64,000 nt of DNA from Candidatus Longimicrobiales bacterium M2_2A_002. Its GTDB lineage: Bacteria; Gemmatimonadota; Gemmatimonadetes; Longimicrobiales; RSA9. The DNA lies in assembly GCA_051418035.1 (NCBI GenBank), contig JBPRGE010000058.1:11135-75134 (forward strand), given 5' to 3'. Positions within the stretch are counted from its first letter, which is position 1. The number at the start of each line of letters is the position of its first letter. The notes below the pieces were generated by a model. It did no database searches, was not told where the DNA came from, and saw only the letters and a program-made list of their open reading frames with translations. Below are positions 55,184 to 64,000 of this stretch, one piece after another. The translations under genes were made by a program, and so were the position numbers.

Positions 55184-56893
55184 TCAGTCGTCTGTGCCCC
55201 GCTCGTAGAGCACCCGCCCCCCGACGATCGTGTAGTCGACCTCCGCCTCCCGGACCTCATCGACGGGCACCGTCATGATGTCGGTGGACAGGACCACGAT
55301 ATCGGCGAGCTTCCCGGGCGTGAGCGAGCCCTTGATGTCCTCCTCGAACGCCGCGTACGCGTTGTTCATCGTGTAGGAGCGGAGCGCCTGGGCCCGGGAG
55401 AGCCGCTGGTCCGGATCGAAGATGGTCCCGTCCGGCAGCTCCCTCGCGATGGTCGCCCAGAAGCTCGGGATCGGGTCCACGTCCTCGACGGGCGCGTCGG
55501 TCCCGTTGCCGACCACGGCACCCGAGGCCCAGAGGTCCTGCCACCGGTACGCGCCCTCATCGGTCCGCTCCTGGCCGAGGCGCGTGGGGACCCACGGCCG
55601 GTCCGATGTGGCGTGGATCCCCTGCATGGCCGCGATCACGCCGAGCTCGGCGAACCGGTCGATGTCCGACGGGTGGAGATGCTGGGCGTGCTCGATCCGC
55701 CAGCGCGGATCCGCTACCTCCGGGTACTCCTCGTACGCTCGCTCGTAGATATCGAGCACCTCCCGGTTCGCACGGTCCCCGATGGCGTGGACGTTCAGCT
55801 GGAACCCGTGCTCCATGGCCAGCTCGGCCGTATGCTCGATCTCACGGACCGGCTCCAGCACCAGCCCCGTGCTCGACGGCATGTCGGCGTACGGCTCCAG
55901 CATCCACGCGCCGTGGGAGCCCAGCGCGCCGTCGATCTGCTTCTTGATCGATCGGACGGTCAGGTGGTGGTCGGCCACACCGACCATCCTGTAGTCCGGG
56001 AGCCGGACCTCGAGCTCGGGATTGGGCTCCCGGACCATCACGTACAGCCGGACCGGCAGCTCGCCCGCCTCCGCCAGCCGGCGGTAGCCGTCGATGGTCC
56101 CGAACGAGGCCCCCGCGTCGTGGAAGGTGGTCACCCCCTTCGAGAGGAGCTCCCCGGCGGCCAGCGACACTACCCGGCGGAAGCGCTCCTCCCGCTCGGC
56201 CTCCGTCATCTCCTCCTCGGACCGCGCCCGTGCCTCCCGCACCGGCGCTTGCGCATTCTCCCGGAGCAGCCCGGTGGGCTCGCCCCCGGCAGCCCGGACG
56301 ACCTCGCCGCCCTCGGGCGGCCGGTAGTCCCGGTCGATCCCGGCGAGCTCCATCGCCCGCGCGTTCACGAATGCCGCGTGCCCGCTGGCATGGGTCAGCA
56401 CTACCGGGTTGTCCGGCGACACCGCGCTCAGCGTGTGATGCGTGGGCACGCCCTCGACGACGCCCTCCGGCACCGCGTCCCACTTCTCCTGGTGCCACCC
56501 GCGCCCCACGATCCACTCGCCCGCCGCCGCCTCGGCCGCGGCGTCCTCGACCATGGCCACGATCTCCTCCCATGTCCGGGCCGTGGTCAGGTCCAGATCC
56601 AGCTGCGCGTTGCCCACGCCCATGAAGTGGCCGTGCCCCTCGATGAACCCCGGGATCGCCAGCCGCCCGTCCAGGTCGATCACCCGGGTCTCCGGACCGA
56701 CGTGGGCGTCCACCTCCTCATCGGTGCCCACCAGCATGATCCGATGGCCCAGGATCGCGACCGCCTCCGCCTCCGGGCGCGTCGAGTCCACAGTCACCAC
56801 GTGCCCACCACGCAGTACGAGGTCCGCCGCCTGCTCCGGGGTCTCGGCGCACCCGACCAGGAGCGCCGCCGCCAACACGATCCACCGTCTCAT
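55184..56893 (-). CDS. Amidohydro_3-type metal-dependent hydrolase, lipoprotein
   Basis: ORF 55184..57028 with the start moved to ATG 56893. Lipobox AALLVGC. Motif GFIEGHGHF, plus HAIGDRA. Confidence 0.8.
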   Translation of the reverse strand: MRRWIVLAAALLVGCAETPEQAADLVLRGGHVVTVDSTRPEAEAVAILGHRIMLVGTDEEVDAHVGPETRVIDLDGRLAIPGFIEGHGHFMGVGNAQLDLDLTTARTWEEIVAMVEDAAAEAAAGEWIVGRGWHQEKWDAVPEGVVEGVPTHHTLSAVSPDNPVVLTHASGHAAFVNARAMELAGIDRDYRPPEGGEVVRAAGGEPTGLLRENAQAPVREARARSEEEMTEAEREERFRRVVSLAAGELLSKGVTTFHDAGASFGTIDGYRRLAEAGELPVRLYVMVREPNPELEVRLPDYRMVGVADHHLTVRSIKKQIDGALGSHGAWMLEPYADMPSSTGLVLEPVREIEHTAELAMEHGFQLNVHAIGDRANREVLDIYERAYEEYPEVADPRWRIEHAQHLHPSDIDRFAELGVIAAMQGIHATSDRPWVPTRLGQERTDEGAYRWQDLWASGAVVGNGTDAPVEDVDPIPSFWATIARELPDGTIFDPDQRLSRAQALRSYTMNNAYAAFEEDIKGSLTPGKLADIVVLSTDIMTVPVDEVREAEVDYTIVGGRVLYERGTDD

Positions 56894-57194
56894 GTCAATC
56901 TCCGGGATGATGCTTCGAAGCCTGATAGGGACCCGCCACTCGCCAAGATGGCCCGCCCGCCCGCCGCCCGAAAGGACCCACGGCCCGGCGTTCTCCACCC
57001 GGATGCCCTCTCGAGTGAGAACCCGCACGCCAGAGGATCAGCGGCCAGGCCGTTCACGATCCGGGCGCCCCCTCCTGACGTTCTCCCGCAGAAAGAGGCC
57101 CGCAGCGATGTCCGCATCGCCACCGGCCTCCCCCCTCGAGCCCTGCCGCGACCCCTGAATCCCGGGGCAGCCCGGCTCCACCAGAGACCTCCCC

Positions 57195-58532
57195 CTACGG
57201 CTCCCCGAGCACCGTCCGGTGGAAGTCCTCCGGCATGTCACGCAGGTCCCACATCTGGGTGGACTCGTAATGGCAGTACGAGCACAGCCCCATGTGCGGC
57301 GCCCGGCCCAGATCGGGCGACGACGGCGGCTGGCGTCCCGCCACCGCGTACGCCTCCTGGATCCGGTCCACGGCGTCCCGCATCAGCTGGTCGCTGAGCT
57401 CCAGGTTGTGCTGACCACCGGCCTGCCGGACCAGCACGACCATCTCCCGGGCCTGCTCGACCAGCGCCCTTGCGCTGTCGGAAGTCGGTGCCACCTGTCG
57501 CGACGCCCGATCCAGGTACTGGCCCACCGCGGTCAGCCGCATCCGCAGCCCCTCCTTCCACCAGGGGAGCACCTGCTCGTACTCCGCCGGGTGACAGCCG
57601 GAGCAGGCCTCGGCCTGGCCGCGGATCGGCTGCGCCGGGTCCCGGACCTCAGGCGGGATATGGCACGACCGGCAGGTGATCCCCGCCAGGAACTTGGCGC
57701 TCGGCGTCACGCCGCTGTCGGGCCGGATCCCCAGCACCAGCCGCTGCTGCGGGGAGTGTACGCCCTCGTGGCACGCCACGCACAGCTCGCTCGTGGACCA
57801 CCCCTCGCGGTCGTTCACCGCCACCCCATGCTCCCGGGCGTGGCAGTCGGAGCATACCAGCTGCACCACCGAGCTCATGGCCCGCACCTCGTGGACGTCC
57901 TCCTGGTGACACGACGTGCACGTGACACCGTCGTGGATCGGATGCAGGTCCCGTCCCACCGCCGCCTCGTTCAGCACCTCCATGTCGTCGTGGCACTGGC
58001 GGCACTTCAGCCCGGAGACGTCGGTCTGCGGCGACGCCACATCGTAGTGGCACCGGACACAGCCGATCTCGAGCCACGGAAGATCCGCATGGGCCACCAC
58101 GACGCCCTGGTCCGTGGCCTCGTCGTGGTCCGACTCCGCGTGGCAGAGCCGGCACTCCTGGGCCTCGGCGCTGGTCACCTCGCTTATATGGCAGAGGGCG
58201 CACGCGTCCACCGACGCCTCCAGCGGCGCCTCTCCCGTCTCGTGGGTGTGGCACCCGGCGCACGTCGGCTGGATGTCGCCGCTCTCGCCGTGGTCCCGGT
58301 GCGGGAAGGTGACGGTGGCCACCTGCACCTCCTCCGGCCCACCCTGGGTGTGGCACCCCGAGCCCGTGCACGACGCCTCCGGTACCGTCGCCCGGCCACG
58401 CTCCCCCTGCGGACCCTGGTGGCACGCCGCGCATGCCAGGTCCGCGTGGGGTGCGTCGCCGGGAGTCGGCGTCCCCTCGTCGCATGCTCCGAGGAGCGCG
58501 ACGACCAATCCGATCAGCAGAACACGGCCCAT
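57195..58532 (-). CDS. multihaem c-type cytochrome lipoprotein (12 CXXCH + 1 CX4CH)
   Basis: ORF 57195..59024 with the start moved to ATG 58532 (MGRVLLIGLVVALLGAC). Haem motifs: CAACH, CTGSGCH, CAGCH, CALCH, CRLCH, CVRCH, CRQCH, CTSCH, CSDCH, CVACH, CRSCH, CSGCH, CSYCH. Confidence 0.85.
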   Translation of the reverse strand: MGRVLLIGLVVALLGACDEGTPTPGDAPHADLACAACHQGPQGERGRATVPEASCTGSGCHTQGGPEEVQVATVTFPHRDHGESGDIQPTCAGCHTHETGEAPLEASVDACALCHISEVTSAEAQECRLCHAESDHDEATDQGVVVAHADLPWLEIGCVRCHYDVASPQTDVSGLKCRQCHDDMEVLNEAAVGRDLHPIHDGVTCTSCHQEDVHEVRAMSSVVQLVCSDCHAREHGVAVNDREGWSTSELCVACHEGVHSPQQRLVLGIRPDSGVTPSAKFLAGITCRSCHIPPEVRDPAQPIRGQAEACSGCHPAEYEQVLPWWKEGLRMRLTAVGQYLDRASRQVAPTSDSARALVEQAREMVVLVRQAGGQHNLELSDQLMRDAVDRIQEAYAVAGRQPPSSPDLGRAPHMGLCSYCHYESTQMWDLRDMPEDFHRTVLGEP

Positions 58533-59413
58533 AGCACCATCCCAATCGTTGCGAGTCCAACCCCCCAGGCGGCGAAGCCGAATACCGCGGCGAACAGCGT
58601 CTCCCCTCGCGTGGGTGACGGGGCCCGTCGGTCCTTTACCGGACGCTCCGAGACCGGCTCGTCCGCCCTGGCTTCGATCGCCTCCATCATCCGCGGGTGC
58701 TCCTCCTCCATGTACTCCAGCGTGGCCCGGCCCGTGAACATGACCGCGTCGAGCGGGAACTTGTCCGGGCGCAGGTGCACGTTGAAGAAATGGATTGTGA
58801 AGAGGAACGCCGCGGCCAGCATGGCCTCCACGCCATGGAACACCGTCGCGACATTGAACATCCAGCCGGGCATGTACTGCCCGAAGAACTCCGGGAACCA
58901 GAGCATGAAGCCGGATCCACCGATCACGAAGAACCCCCAGACCTCGCCCAGGTAGTCCATCTTCTCCAGATAGCCGTAGCGCCCGAACTTCGGTGGACGG
59001 CCCTTCCCGAAGTAGTACTTCCACTGCTGCATGAAGTCCCGGGCGTCATCCGGGTGCGGGAGCAGCGAGTCGCTGCCCCAGAAGAACCGGCTCTTGTTGT
59101 CCATCTTCAGGAACCGGTAGGCCATGTACACGATGTGGATCAGCGTGTACCCGATCATGAACGCCGCCGCGGAGCGGTGGATCAGACCGGCCCGCTGCAC
59201 GCCGCCCCAGAACTGCATCAGCGGCTCCGAGAACGGCGCGCAGGAGAAGCGCAGCGGGATGCCCGTGAGGATCAGCGTGTAGAACGAGATGATCGCGAAT
59301 GCGTGGAACAGCCGGTCCCACGTGTTGAACCGCCAGATGAAGGGGCCGTGGCCCCGCTGGGCCGAGTCCAGCGGGACATCGCCCCGGTCGCGTGCTGCCG
59401 TCGATTCACTCAC
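58514..59413 (-). CDS. b-type cytochrome membrane subunit (FdnI/PhsC/Ni-hydrogenase cyt b-like)
   Basis: 299 aa, ~5 TM. His residues sit in TM helices (WDRLFHAFAIISFY, LIHRSAAAFMIGYTLIHIVY, ATVFHGVEAML, FTIHFFNVH). GTG start. Overlaps both neighbouring genes. Confidence 0.75.
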   Translation of the reverse strand: MSESTAARDRGDVPLDSAQRGHGPFIWRFNTWDRLFHAFAIISFYTLILTGIPLRFSCAPFSEPLMQFWGGVQRAGLIHRSAAAFMIGYTLIHIVYMAYRFLKMDNKSRFFWGSDSLLPHPDDARDFMQQWKYYFGKGRPPKFGRYGYLEKMDYLGEVWGFFVIGGSGFMLWFPEFFGQYMPGWMFNVATVFHGVEAMLAAAFLFTIHFFNVHLRPDKFPLDAVMFTGRATLEYMEEEHPRMMEAIEARADEPVSERPVKDRRAPSPTRGETLFAAVFGFAAWGVGLATIGMVLWAVFC

Positions 59414-60554
59414 CGCCGCCTCCCATCTGTTCTTCGGCCTTTCGACGATCGATCATGATCCGGACCCACCAGAGGAGCGTGTGCAGGCCGAACACTGTCA
59501 GCGTGCCGATCAGCAGTGTGTTCATGAACCAGAAGGAGTAGAAGATGTAGGGGTTCCGCTCCCGGTTCATCGGCTCCGGGTGGGAGTCGTACGCCACGAA
59601 GGACTCCCGGGCGTGCTCGTGACACTCGCCGCACGTGGCCACCAGGTTATCCTCGTGGACCCGGGAGGCCGGGTTGTCCGCCGGCAGCATCTCGTGGGCG
59701 CCGTGACACTCGGCGCACGTGGCCGCGGCCTCCGAGCCGAGCCGTGTGGCCTTGCCGTGGTAGGTGCCCCGGTACGTCTCCGCCGCCCTCTCGTGGCAGG
59801 TGGCGCACCGCTCCACGGCGATCTGGATCATCCCCACATCATCGGCGCCCAGCACCGGGTGCGCGCCGTGACACGACGTGCAGGTCGGGGGCGAGTCGTC
59901 GCCCTCCCAGTCGCCGGACCGAAGCGTCCGCCCATGGATCCCGCCCTCGAACACGGCCGCCACCGAGTCGTGACACGTGCCACAGACGCCGGGCTGCGCT
60001 TGCGGCGCCATCCACGAGCCCGGCTCGTCCACCGGTGTGGTGCCGTGAGGGTCGTGGCAATCGTAGCAGCCGGCGTGGTCCTGGTGGTGCGAGTTCACCG
60101 GCAGCCGCTGGGTCTCGTGACAGCCGACGCACCTCCCGCTCATGGCGATCAGCGCGGGGCCGTCATCCAGGGAGTCCGCCGGGGCGATGTCGTGCACCCC
60201 GTGGCACTCGCTGCACGCCACGGCGTTCCCGCTCTCGCCCCCGCTGTGGGAGCCGCCCTCCCAGATATCGCCGACGTCCTCGTGGCAGCTGGCGCAGCTC
60301 GCCGTGGTGCCCTGCCCCTGGTGGGGGAACCGGCCGAAGCCGGTGTGGCACTCGCTGCACCCCATGCCCGCGTGACCCGAGGCGTCGAGCATCCCGGGCG
60401 GGACCAGCATGGCGCGGGCCTCCTCCAGGGACGTGACGTACTGTCGCAGGAGCTCGAGCTCGCCGTGGCAGCGCTGGCAGTCCAGGTCGCCCTGGGCCTG
60501 TACCGGTACCGCCATCAGGAGCACGGCCGTGGCGATCAACACACCGCGTTTCAT
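59406..60554 (-). CDS. 11-haem c-type cytochrome with signal peptide and C-terminal TM anchor
   Basis: Part of ORF 59406..61679, starting at ATG 60554 (MKRGVLIATAVLLMAVPVQAQG). Haem motifs: CQRCH, CSECH, CASCH, CSECH, CVGCH, CYDCH, CGTCH, CTSCH, CATCH, CAECH, CGECH. C-terminal helix IFYSFWFMNTLLIGTLTVFGLHTLLWWV. Confidence 0.85.
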   Translation of the reverse strand: MKRGVLIATAVLLMAVPVQAQGDLDCQRCHGELELLRQYVTSLEEARAMLVPPGMLDASGHAGMGCSECHTGFGRFPHQGQGTTASCASCHEDVGDIWEGGSHSGGESGNAVACSECHGVHDIAPADSLDDGPALIAMSGRCVGCHETQRLPVNSHHQDHAGCYDCHDPHGTTPVDEPGSWMAPQAQPGVCGTCHDSVAAVFEGGIHGRTLRSGDWEGDDSPPTCTSCHGAHPVLGADDVGMIQIAVERCATCHERAAETYRGTYHGKATRLGSEAAATCAECHGAHEMLPADNPASRVHEDNLVATCGECHEHARESFVAYDSHPEPMNRERNPYIFYSFWFMNTLLIGTLTVFGLHTLLWWVRIMIDRRKAEEQMGGGGE

Positions 60555-61906
60555 TCGTCTATTCCGTATTTGTTGAGACGGTTCCGCACCTGGTGTCGAC
60601 TCATCCCCAGCAGCCTCCCCGCTTCGGTTCGATTGCCTTCCGCCCGGCGCAGCGCCTCCTCCAGGAGGGCACGCTCGAGCTCTTCGAAATCCACCCCTTC
60701 CGGGCCCAGCTCCACCGGGAGCTCCGACGACCCCCGCTCCCGGCCCCGGATCGGCGGCGGCAGCATCTCCGCCGTGAGCACGTCGCTGTCGGCCAGCAGC
60801 ACGCTGCGCTCGATCAGGTTCCGCAGCTCCCGCACGTTCCCGGGCCAGCGGTACTCCTTCAGGAGCTCCATGGCCTCGTCGTCGATCCCGGTGATCGTCT
60901 TGCCGAACTGGTTCGCGAACTCCTCGACGAACGTCTTCACCAGCGCCGGGATGTCCGACGTCCGCTCCCGCAGCGGCGGCAGCCGGATCGGGAAGACCCG
61001 GAGCCGGTAGTAGAGGTCCTCGCGGAACCGGTCCTCCTCCACCTCCTGCTCGAGGTCCCGGTTCGTGGCCGCGACGAGCCGGGCGTCCACCTCCAGGTCC
61101 TTCGTGCCGCCCACCCGCCGGAACCTCTTCTCCTCGATGAACCGGAGCAGCTTGCCCTGGAGCCCGAGCGACAGCTCGCCGATCTCGTCCAGGAACAGCG
61201 TCCCGCCCTCGGCCAGCTCCACCAGCCCCCGCTTCATCGTCCGGGCGTCCGTGAACGCCCCCTTCTCGTGACCGAACAGCTCCGACTCCATGACCGACTC
61301 GGCCAGCGCCGAGCACGTCACGTTCACGAACGGCCCGTCCGCCCGCTGGCTCGCCTGATGGATCGCCTGCGCCAGCATGCCTTTCCCGGTCCCCGTCTCG
61401 CCCTCCAGCAGCACTGTGGTCCCCTCCGCCGGTGCCACCCGCTTCACGAGCTCGAAGACCTCTTTCATCGCGGGGCTCCTCCCGACCACGTCGTCGCCCA
61501 GTCCCGTCTGCTCCCGGAGCGCACGGACCTCGCGCTGAAGCCGCGTCCGCTCCAGCGCGCCCTTCAGCGTGGCCGAGAGCCGGTCGAAAGAGAACGGCTT
61601 CTCCAGGAAATCGACGGCCCCGGCCCGGAGCGCGTCCACCGCCGACTGGACCGTGCCGTGCGCGCTCATCATCACGCACACCGTGTCCCCGCTCTTCGTC
61701 AGCTCCTCCAGAAGCTCCGTCCCCTCGCCGTCCGGGAGCTTGATGTCCAGGAGCGCGAGGTCCGGTGTCTGCTCTTCCAGCACCTCCCGGCCTTCCTCGA
61801 CCCGGGCGGCGGCGGTCACGACATAGCCCTCCCGCTCCAGCCGCTCGGTCGTGACCTCCCGGAGCAGGTCGTCATCCTCGAGGATCAGGATCCGCTCACT
61901 CGCCAC
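60551..61906 (-). CDS. sigma54-dependent (NtrC-family) response regulator
   Basis: Receiver ILILEDDD...LLDIKLPDG. AAA+ domain GETGTGKG, GAFTDA loop, FLDEIGEL. Fis-type HTH NRTEAGRLLGMSRHQVRNRL. GTG start. Confidence 0.9.
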   Translation of the reverse strand: MASERILILEDDDLLREVTTERLEREGYVVTAAARVEEGREVLEEQTPDLALLDIKLPDGEGTELLEELTKSGDTVCVMMSAHGTVQSAVDALRAGAVDFLEKPFSFDRLSATLKGALERTRLQREVRALREQTGLGDDVVGRSPAMKEVFELVKRVAPAEGTTVLLEGETGTGKGMLAQAIHQASQRADGPFVNVTCSALAESVMESELFGHEKGAFTDARTMKRGLVELAEGGTLFLDEIGELSLGLQGKLLRFIEEKRFRRVGGTKDLEVDARLVAATNRDLEQEVEEDRFREDLYYRLRVFPIRLPPLRERTSDIPALVKTFVEEFANQFGKTITGIDDEAMELLKEYRWPGNVRELRNLIERSVLLADSDVLTAEMLPPPIRGRERGSSELPVELGPEGVDFEELERALLEEALRRAEGNRTEAGRLLGMSRHQVRNRLNKYGIDE

Positions 61907-63473
61907 CGCTCACCTCCTGGTCGGCGTCGGATCCCGCAGCTCCCGCATCCGACGCGTCCACTCTCTGCGACCCGGACCCCGAGGCACCTCGTCGATCCGG
62001 CCTCGCTCCCTTCGGCCCCGCATGCGACTTCGCCTCCGCCTCCCCGCCCCTCCGGGCCTGGCCGGCGGAGCGCTCCGCCGGCGTGGACGCAGCCCGCTGC
62101 GTCGGGAAGCTGAGCCGAACGGTCGTGCCGCGGCCCGGCTCGCTCCGGATGTCCAGCTTGCCGGCGTGGGCAGACATGACCCGGGCCACCAGCGGCAGAC
62201 CCAGCCCCGTCCCGGCCGGCTTCGTCGAATAGAACGGCCGGATGATCTTCTCGACCTCCTCCTCGGGGAGCCCCGGGCCGGTGTCGGTGAACTCGGCCAC
62301 CACGCGATCGCCGTCCGCGGACAGCTGGATCTGCAGGGTGCCGCCGTCCTCCATGGCTTCCAGCGCATTCAGCATGACGTTCAGCGCGGCCTGCTCGATC
62401 CGATGCTGGTCCCCCAGCAACGGCGGGAGGTCGTCCTGGTATGTGCGACGGATCGTGTAGCTCGACGTGTCCATGAGCCCCGCCAGCTGACCGAGGGCCT
62501 CGTCGACCGCGTCCCGCAGGTTGACCCGGTCGCTCTCCAGCTCGACCGGTTTCGCCAGCGCGAACAGGTCCTGCATCGTCTCCGTCAGCTTCCCCAGCTG
62601 CCCGTCCACCGCGTCCAGCAGCGACTGGGCCTGGGTGTTCAGCTCGTACTCCTGCTCCAGGAGCGAGACCGCCGAGCGGATCGATGCCAGCGGCCGCTTG
62701 AACTCGTGGGCCATCTCCGCCGCCATCTCGCCCACCTCCGCCAGCCCCGCCTGGCTGGCCAGCCGCTGCTCGTGCTCCCGCTCCTTCCGGACCAGGTCGG
62801 CCACCGACTCCTCCAGGCCGCCCAGCTCGTCGGACCGGCGCGGGCCCTCCGGCCCCAGGATGTCCACCACCCGCTCGATCGGCGTGACCACTTCCCGCTC
62901 GAGCATCGTCGCCACGATCAGGATCACCGCCGCCAGCGAGCCGATGAGCAGGAGCAGCCCCAGCCGCGCCGCCCGGTCCATCGCGGCCTCCAGCGGCGCC
63001 AGCGAGAAGTCGACCTCCAGGATCCCCGCGCCCCCCGCGCGGAGCGGGAGGAACGCGTTCACCTGCTCGCCGCCCTCCACCACCCGCGCCGTGCCCCGGC
63101 TCGGCAGCTCCCTGGGCGACGGCAGCCACACACCGGCCGGACGCGACCCTTCCTCCGACCGGATCGTCGAGACCAGGACCCGGCCGGCCGTGCCGTAGAC
63201 CCGGGCCGCCGTGATCGATTCCAGCTCGACCAGCTCCCGCAGCGCCGACCGGGCCCGACCCGGCTGCCCTTCCGTGATCGCCGACTCCACCGACGAACGC
63301 ACGGAGGCCGCGGCCAGCAGCGCCTGCTGCTCCGCCGCGGCCACCGACTCCTGCCGCCAGTACCGGAACGTCAGCGAAGAGGCGACACCGAACACCACGA
63401 CGGCCGTCCCCACCGCCGTTATGATCAGCTTGGTCCGCAACGGCTGCTCACTCAGCCGTCGGATCCAACCCAT
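61896..63473 (-). CDS. NtrB-like sensor histidine kinase with two-TM sensor region
   Basis: 525 aa. H-box EMAHEFKRPLASI. ATPase boxes NVMLNALEA, DTGPGL, GTGLGLPLV. GAAGGAGG upstream of the ATG. Confidence 0.9.
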   Translation of the reverse strand: MGWIRRLSEQPLRTKLIITAVGTAVVVFGVASSLTFRYWRQESVAAAEQQALLAAASVRSSVESAITEGQPGRARSALRELVELESITAARVYGTAGRVLVSTIRSEEGSRPAGVWLPSPRELPSRGTARVVEGGEQVNAFLPLRAGGAGILEVDFSLAPLEAAMDRAARLGLLLLIGSLAAVILIVATMLEREVVTPIERVVDILGPEGPRRSDELGGLEESVADLVRKEREHEQRLASQAGLAEVGEMAAEMAHEFKRPLASIRSAVSLLEQEYELNTQAQSLLDAVDGQLGKLTETMQDLFALAKPVELESDRVNLRDAVDEALGQLAGLMDTSSYTIRRTYQDDLPPLLGDQHRIEQAALNVMLNALEAMEDGGTLQIQLSADGDRVVAEFTDTGPGLPEEEVEKIIRPFYSTKPAGTGLGLPLVARVMSAHAGKLDIRSEPGRGTTVRLSFPTQRAASTPAERSAGQARRGGEAEAKSHAGPKGARPDRRGASGSGSQRVDASDAGAAGSDADQEVSGGE

Positions 63474-63623
63474 GCCACCTCCTTCGTCGACCCCCGACCG
63501 CGCGATTTCGCGCGGTGCTCACCCTGAATGTGACGTTCGCCGATTCTGACGGTAGAGGGCAACCCCCATGGTGTCGCGCGGGGAATTTCCCGACACGCGC
63601 GCGGGCGCCGCCCACACACGGGA

Positions 63624-63652
63624 GCGGCGGCCCCCCGGAAGGGGACCGCCGC
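63624..63652 (-). terminator. GC-rich hairpin downstream of the CPBP-like gene
   Basis: gcggcggcccccc-ggaa-ggggaccgccgc. It lies 28 nt after the stop at 63680. Confidence 0.4.
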
Positions 63653-63679
63653 CCTGATGTCCGTGCCGAACCCGGGATC

Positions 63680-64000
63680 TCAGCCTGCGATCAGAAGCAG
63701 GGCACTGAGTGCAGTGGCGTGCGCGACCAGCGCCGTGCCGAACCCCCGCTTCCAGAAGAGCCAGCCGAAGGCGATGGCCGGGATCAGCGCGGTGACCGCG
63801 AGGAACCCGACGGCCGTGGCCGCGCTCGGGAACCCGATCTCGAGCACACCCGGCAGGTAGATCAGCGCCTGCACCACCGCGGCCACGGCCACCGCGATAC
63901 CGGCCGCCCGGCCGGCGCTCACGTGGAACTCCCGCAGGAGCAGCCACGCCACGGCCGTCATCAGGAACAGCCGGAGCAGCACCTCATCCACGAGCGCCGT
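63680..64000 (-). CDS. CPBP-family intramembrane protease-like protein, C-terminal part (gene continues past right edge)
   Basis: The frame is open to position 64000. The tracked M at 63991 is a GTG inside ...TALVDEVLLRLFLM (EExxxR-like CPBP motif). Polytopic C-terminus. Confidence 0.5.
   Translation of the reverse strand, partial: TALVDEVLLRLFLMTAVAWLLLREFHVSAGRAAGIAVAVAAVVQALIYLPGVLEIGFPSAATAVGFLAVTALIPAIAFGWLFWKRGFGTALVAHATALSALLLIAG

Noticed and set aside
60555-63679. A sigma54 (-24 GG / -12 GC, TGGCAC-N5-TTGC) promoter for the cytochrome genes or the kinase gene.
   Set aside because: I scanned by eye upstream of the kinase ATG and in the 3' end of the activator gene and found no GG-N10-GC match with good flanks. 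The nearest candidates, cGGCACggacaTCAGg at ~63664 and ggTTGCcc at ~63560, have the wrong spacing. The target promoter is therefore unidentified, and a matrix scan is needed.

Overview
Very GC-rich bacterial chromosomal segment. Third codon positions are almost always G/C, so the six-frame track is full of long spurious antisense ORFs rich in R/P/G/A/S. I support about 57 protein-coding genes. I found no rRNA, tRNA, CRISPR array, transposase or integrase. The gene content includes two TonB-dependent receptors (one CarboxypepD_reg type followed by a DUF4249-like lipoprotein), an Omp85-like/PD40 protein, many lipoproteins and two DinB proteins. This points to a diderm, plausibly Gemmatimonadota-like organism, which is inference only.

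Most genes are housekeeping or accessory metabolism:
- class II ribonucleotide reductase nrdJ, with a sigma70-like promoter overlapped by tandem NrdR-type boxes
- cspA, cfa, an ABC-F ATPase and a YejM-like protein
- a cell-wall recycling block (amidase, SSF transporter, GT-C membrane protein, nagZ, anmK, M20 amidohydrolase)
- nudC, and an MsbA-like exporter coupled to a CheY-like protein
- fur-pdaD-speB (pyruvoyl arginine decarboxylase plus agmatinase), with an AT-rich Fur-box island
- nrnA, a CoaE-PHP fusion and a fused E1 alpha/beta dehydrogenase
- three two-component kinases

Most interesting observations:
1. An overlap-coupled five-gene unit at 57195-63473 encodes an NtrB-like kinase, a sigma54 enhancer-binding response regulator, an 11-haem membrane-anchored cytochrome c, a b-type cytochrome and a 12-13-haem lipoprotein cytochrome c. 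No catalytic subunit lies nearby. It is a candidate uncharacterised quinol-linked periplasmic electron conduit.
2. A ~590-bp element at 44794-45384 has ~130-bp imperfect inverted-repeat arms around a degenerate four-helix-bundle (23S rRNA IVS protein-like) ORF. It is an IVS-like structure outside any rRNA gene.
3. A canonical hairpin followed by a U6 tract sits in the cspA leader with no upstream same-strand gene.
4. CoaE kinase is fused to a TrpH-like PHP phosphoesterase.
5. A secreted protein carries ~12 tandem 16-residue Gly-rich repeats.

All family calls come from reading motifs by eye. No database search was run.
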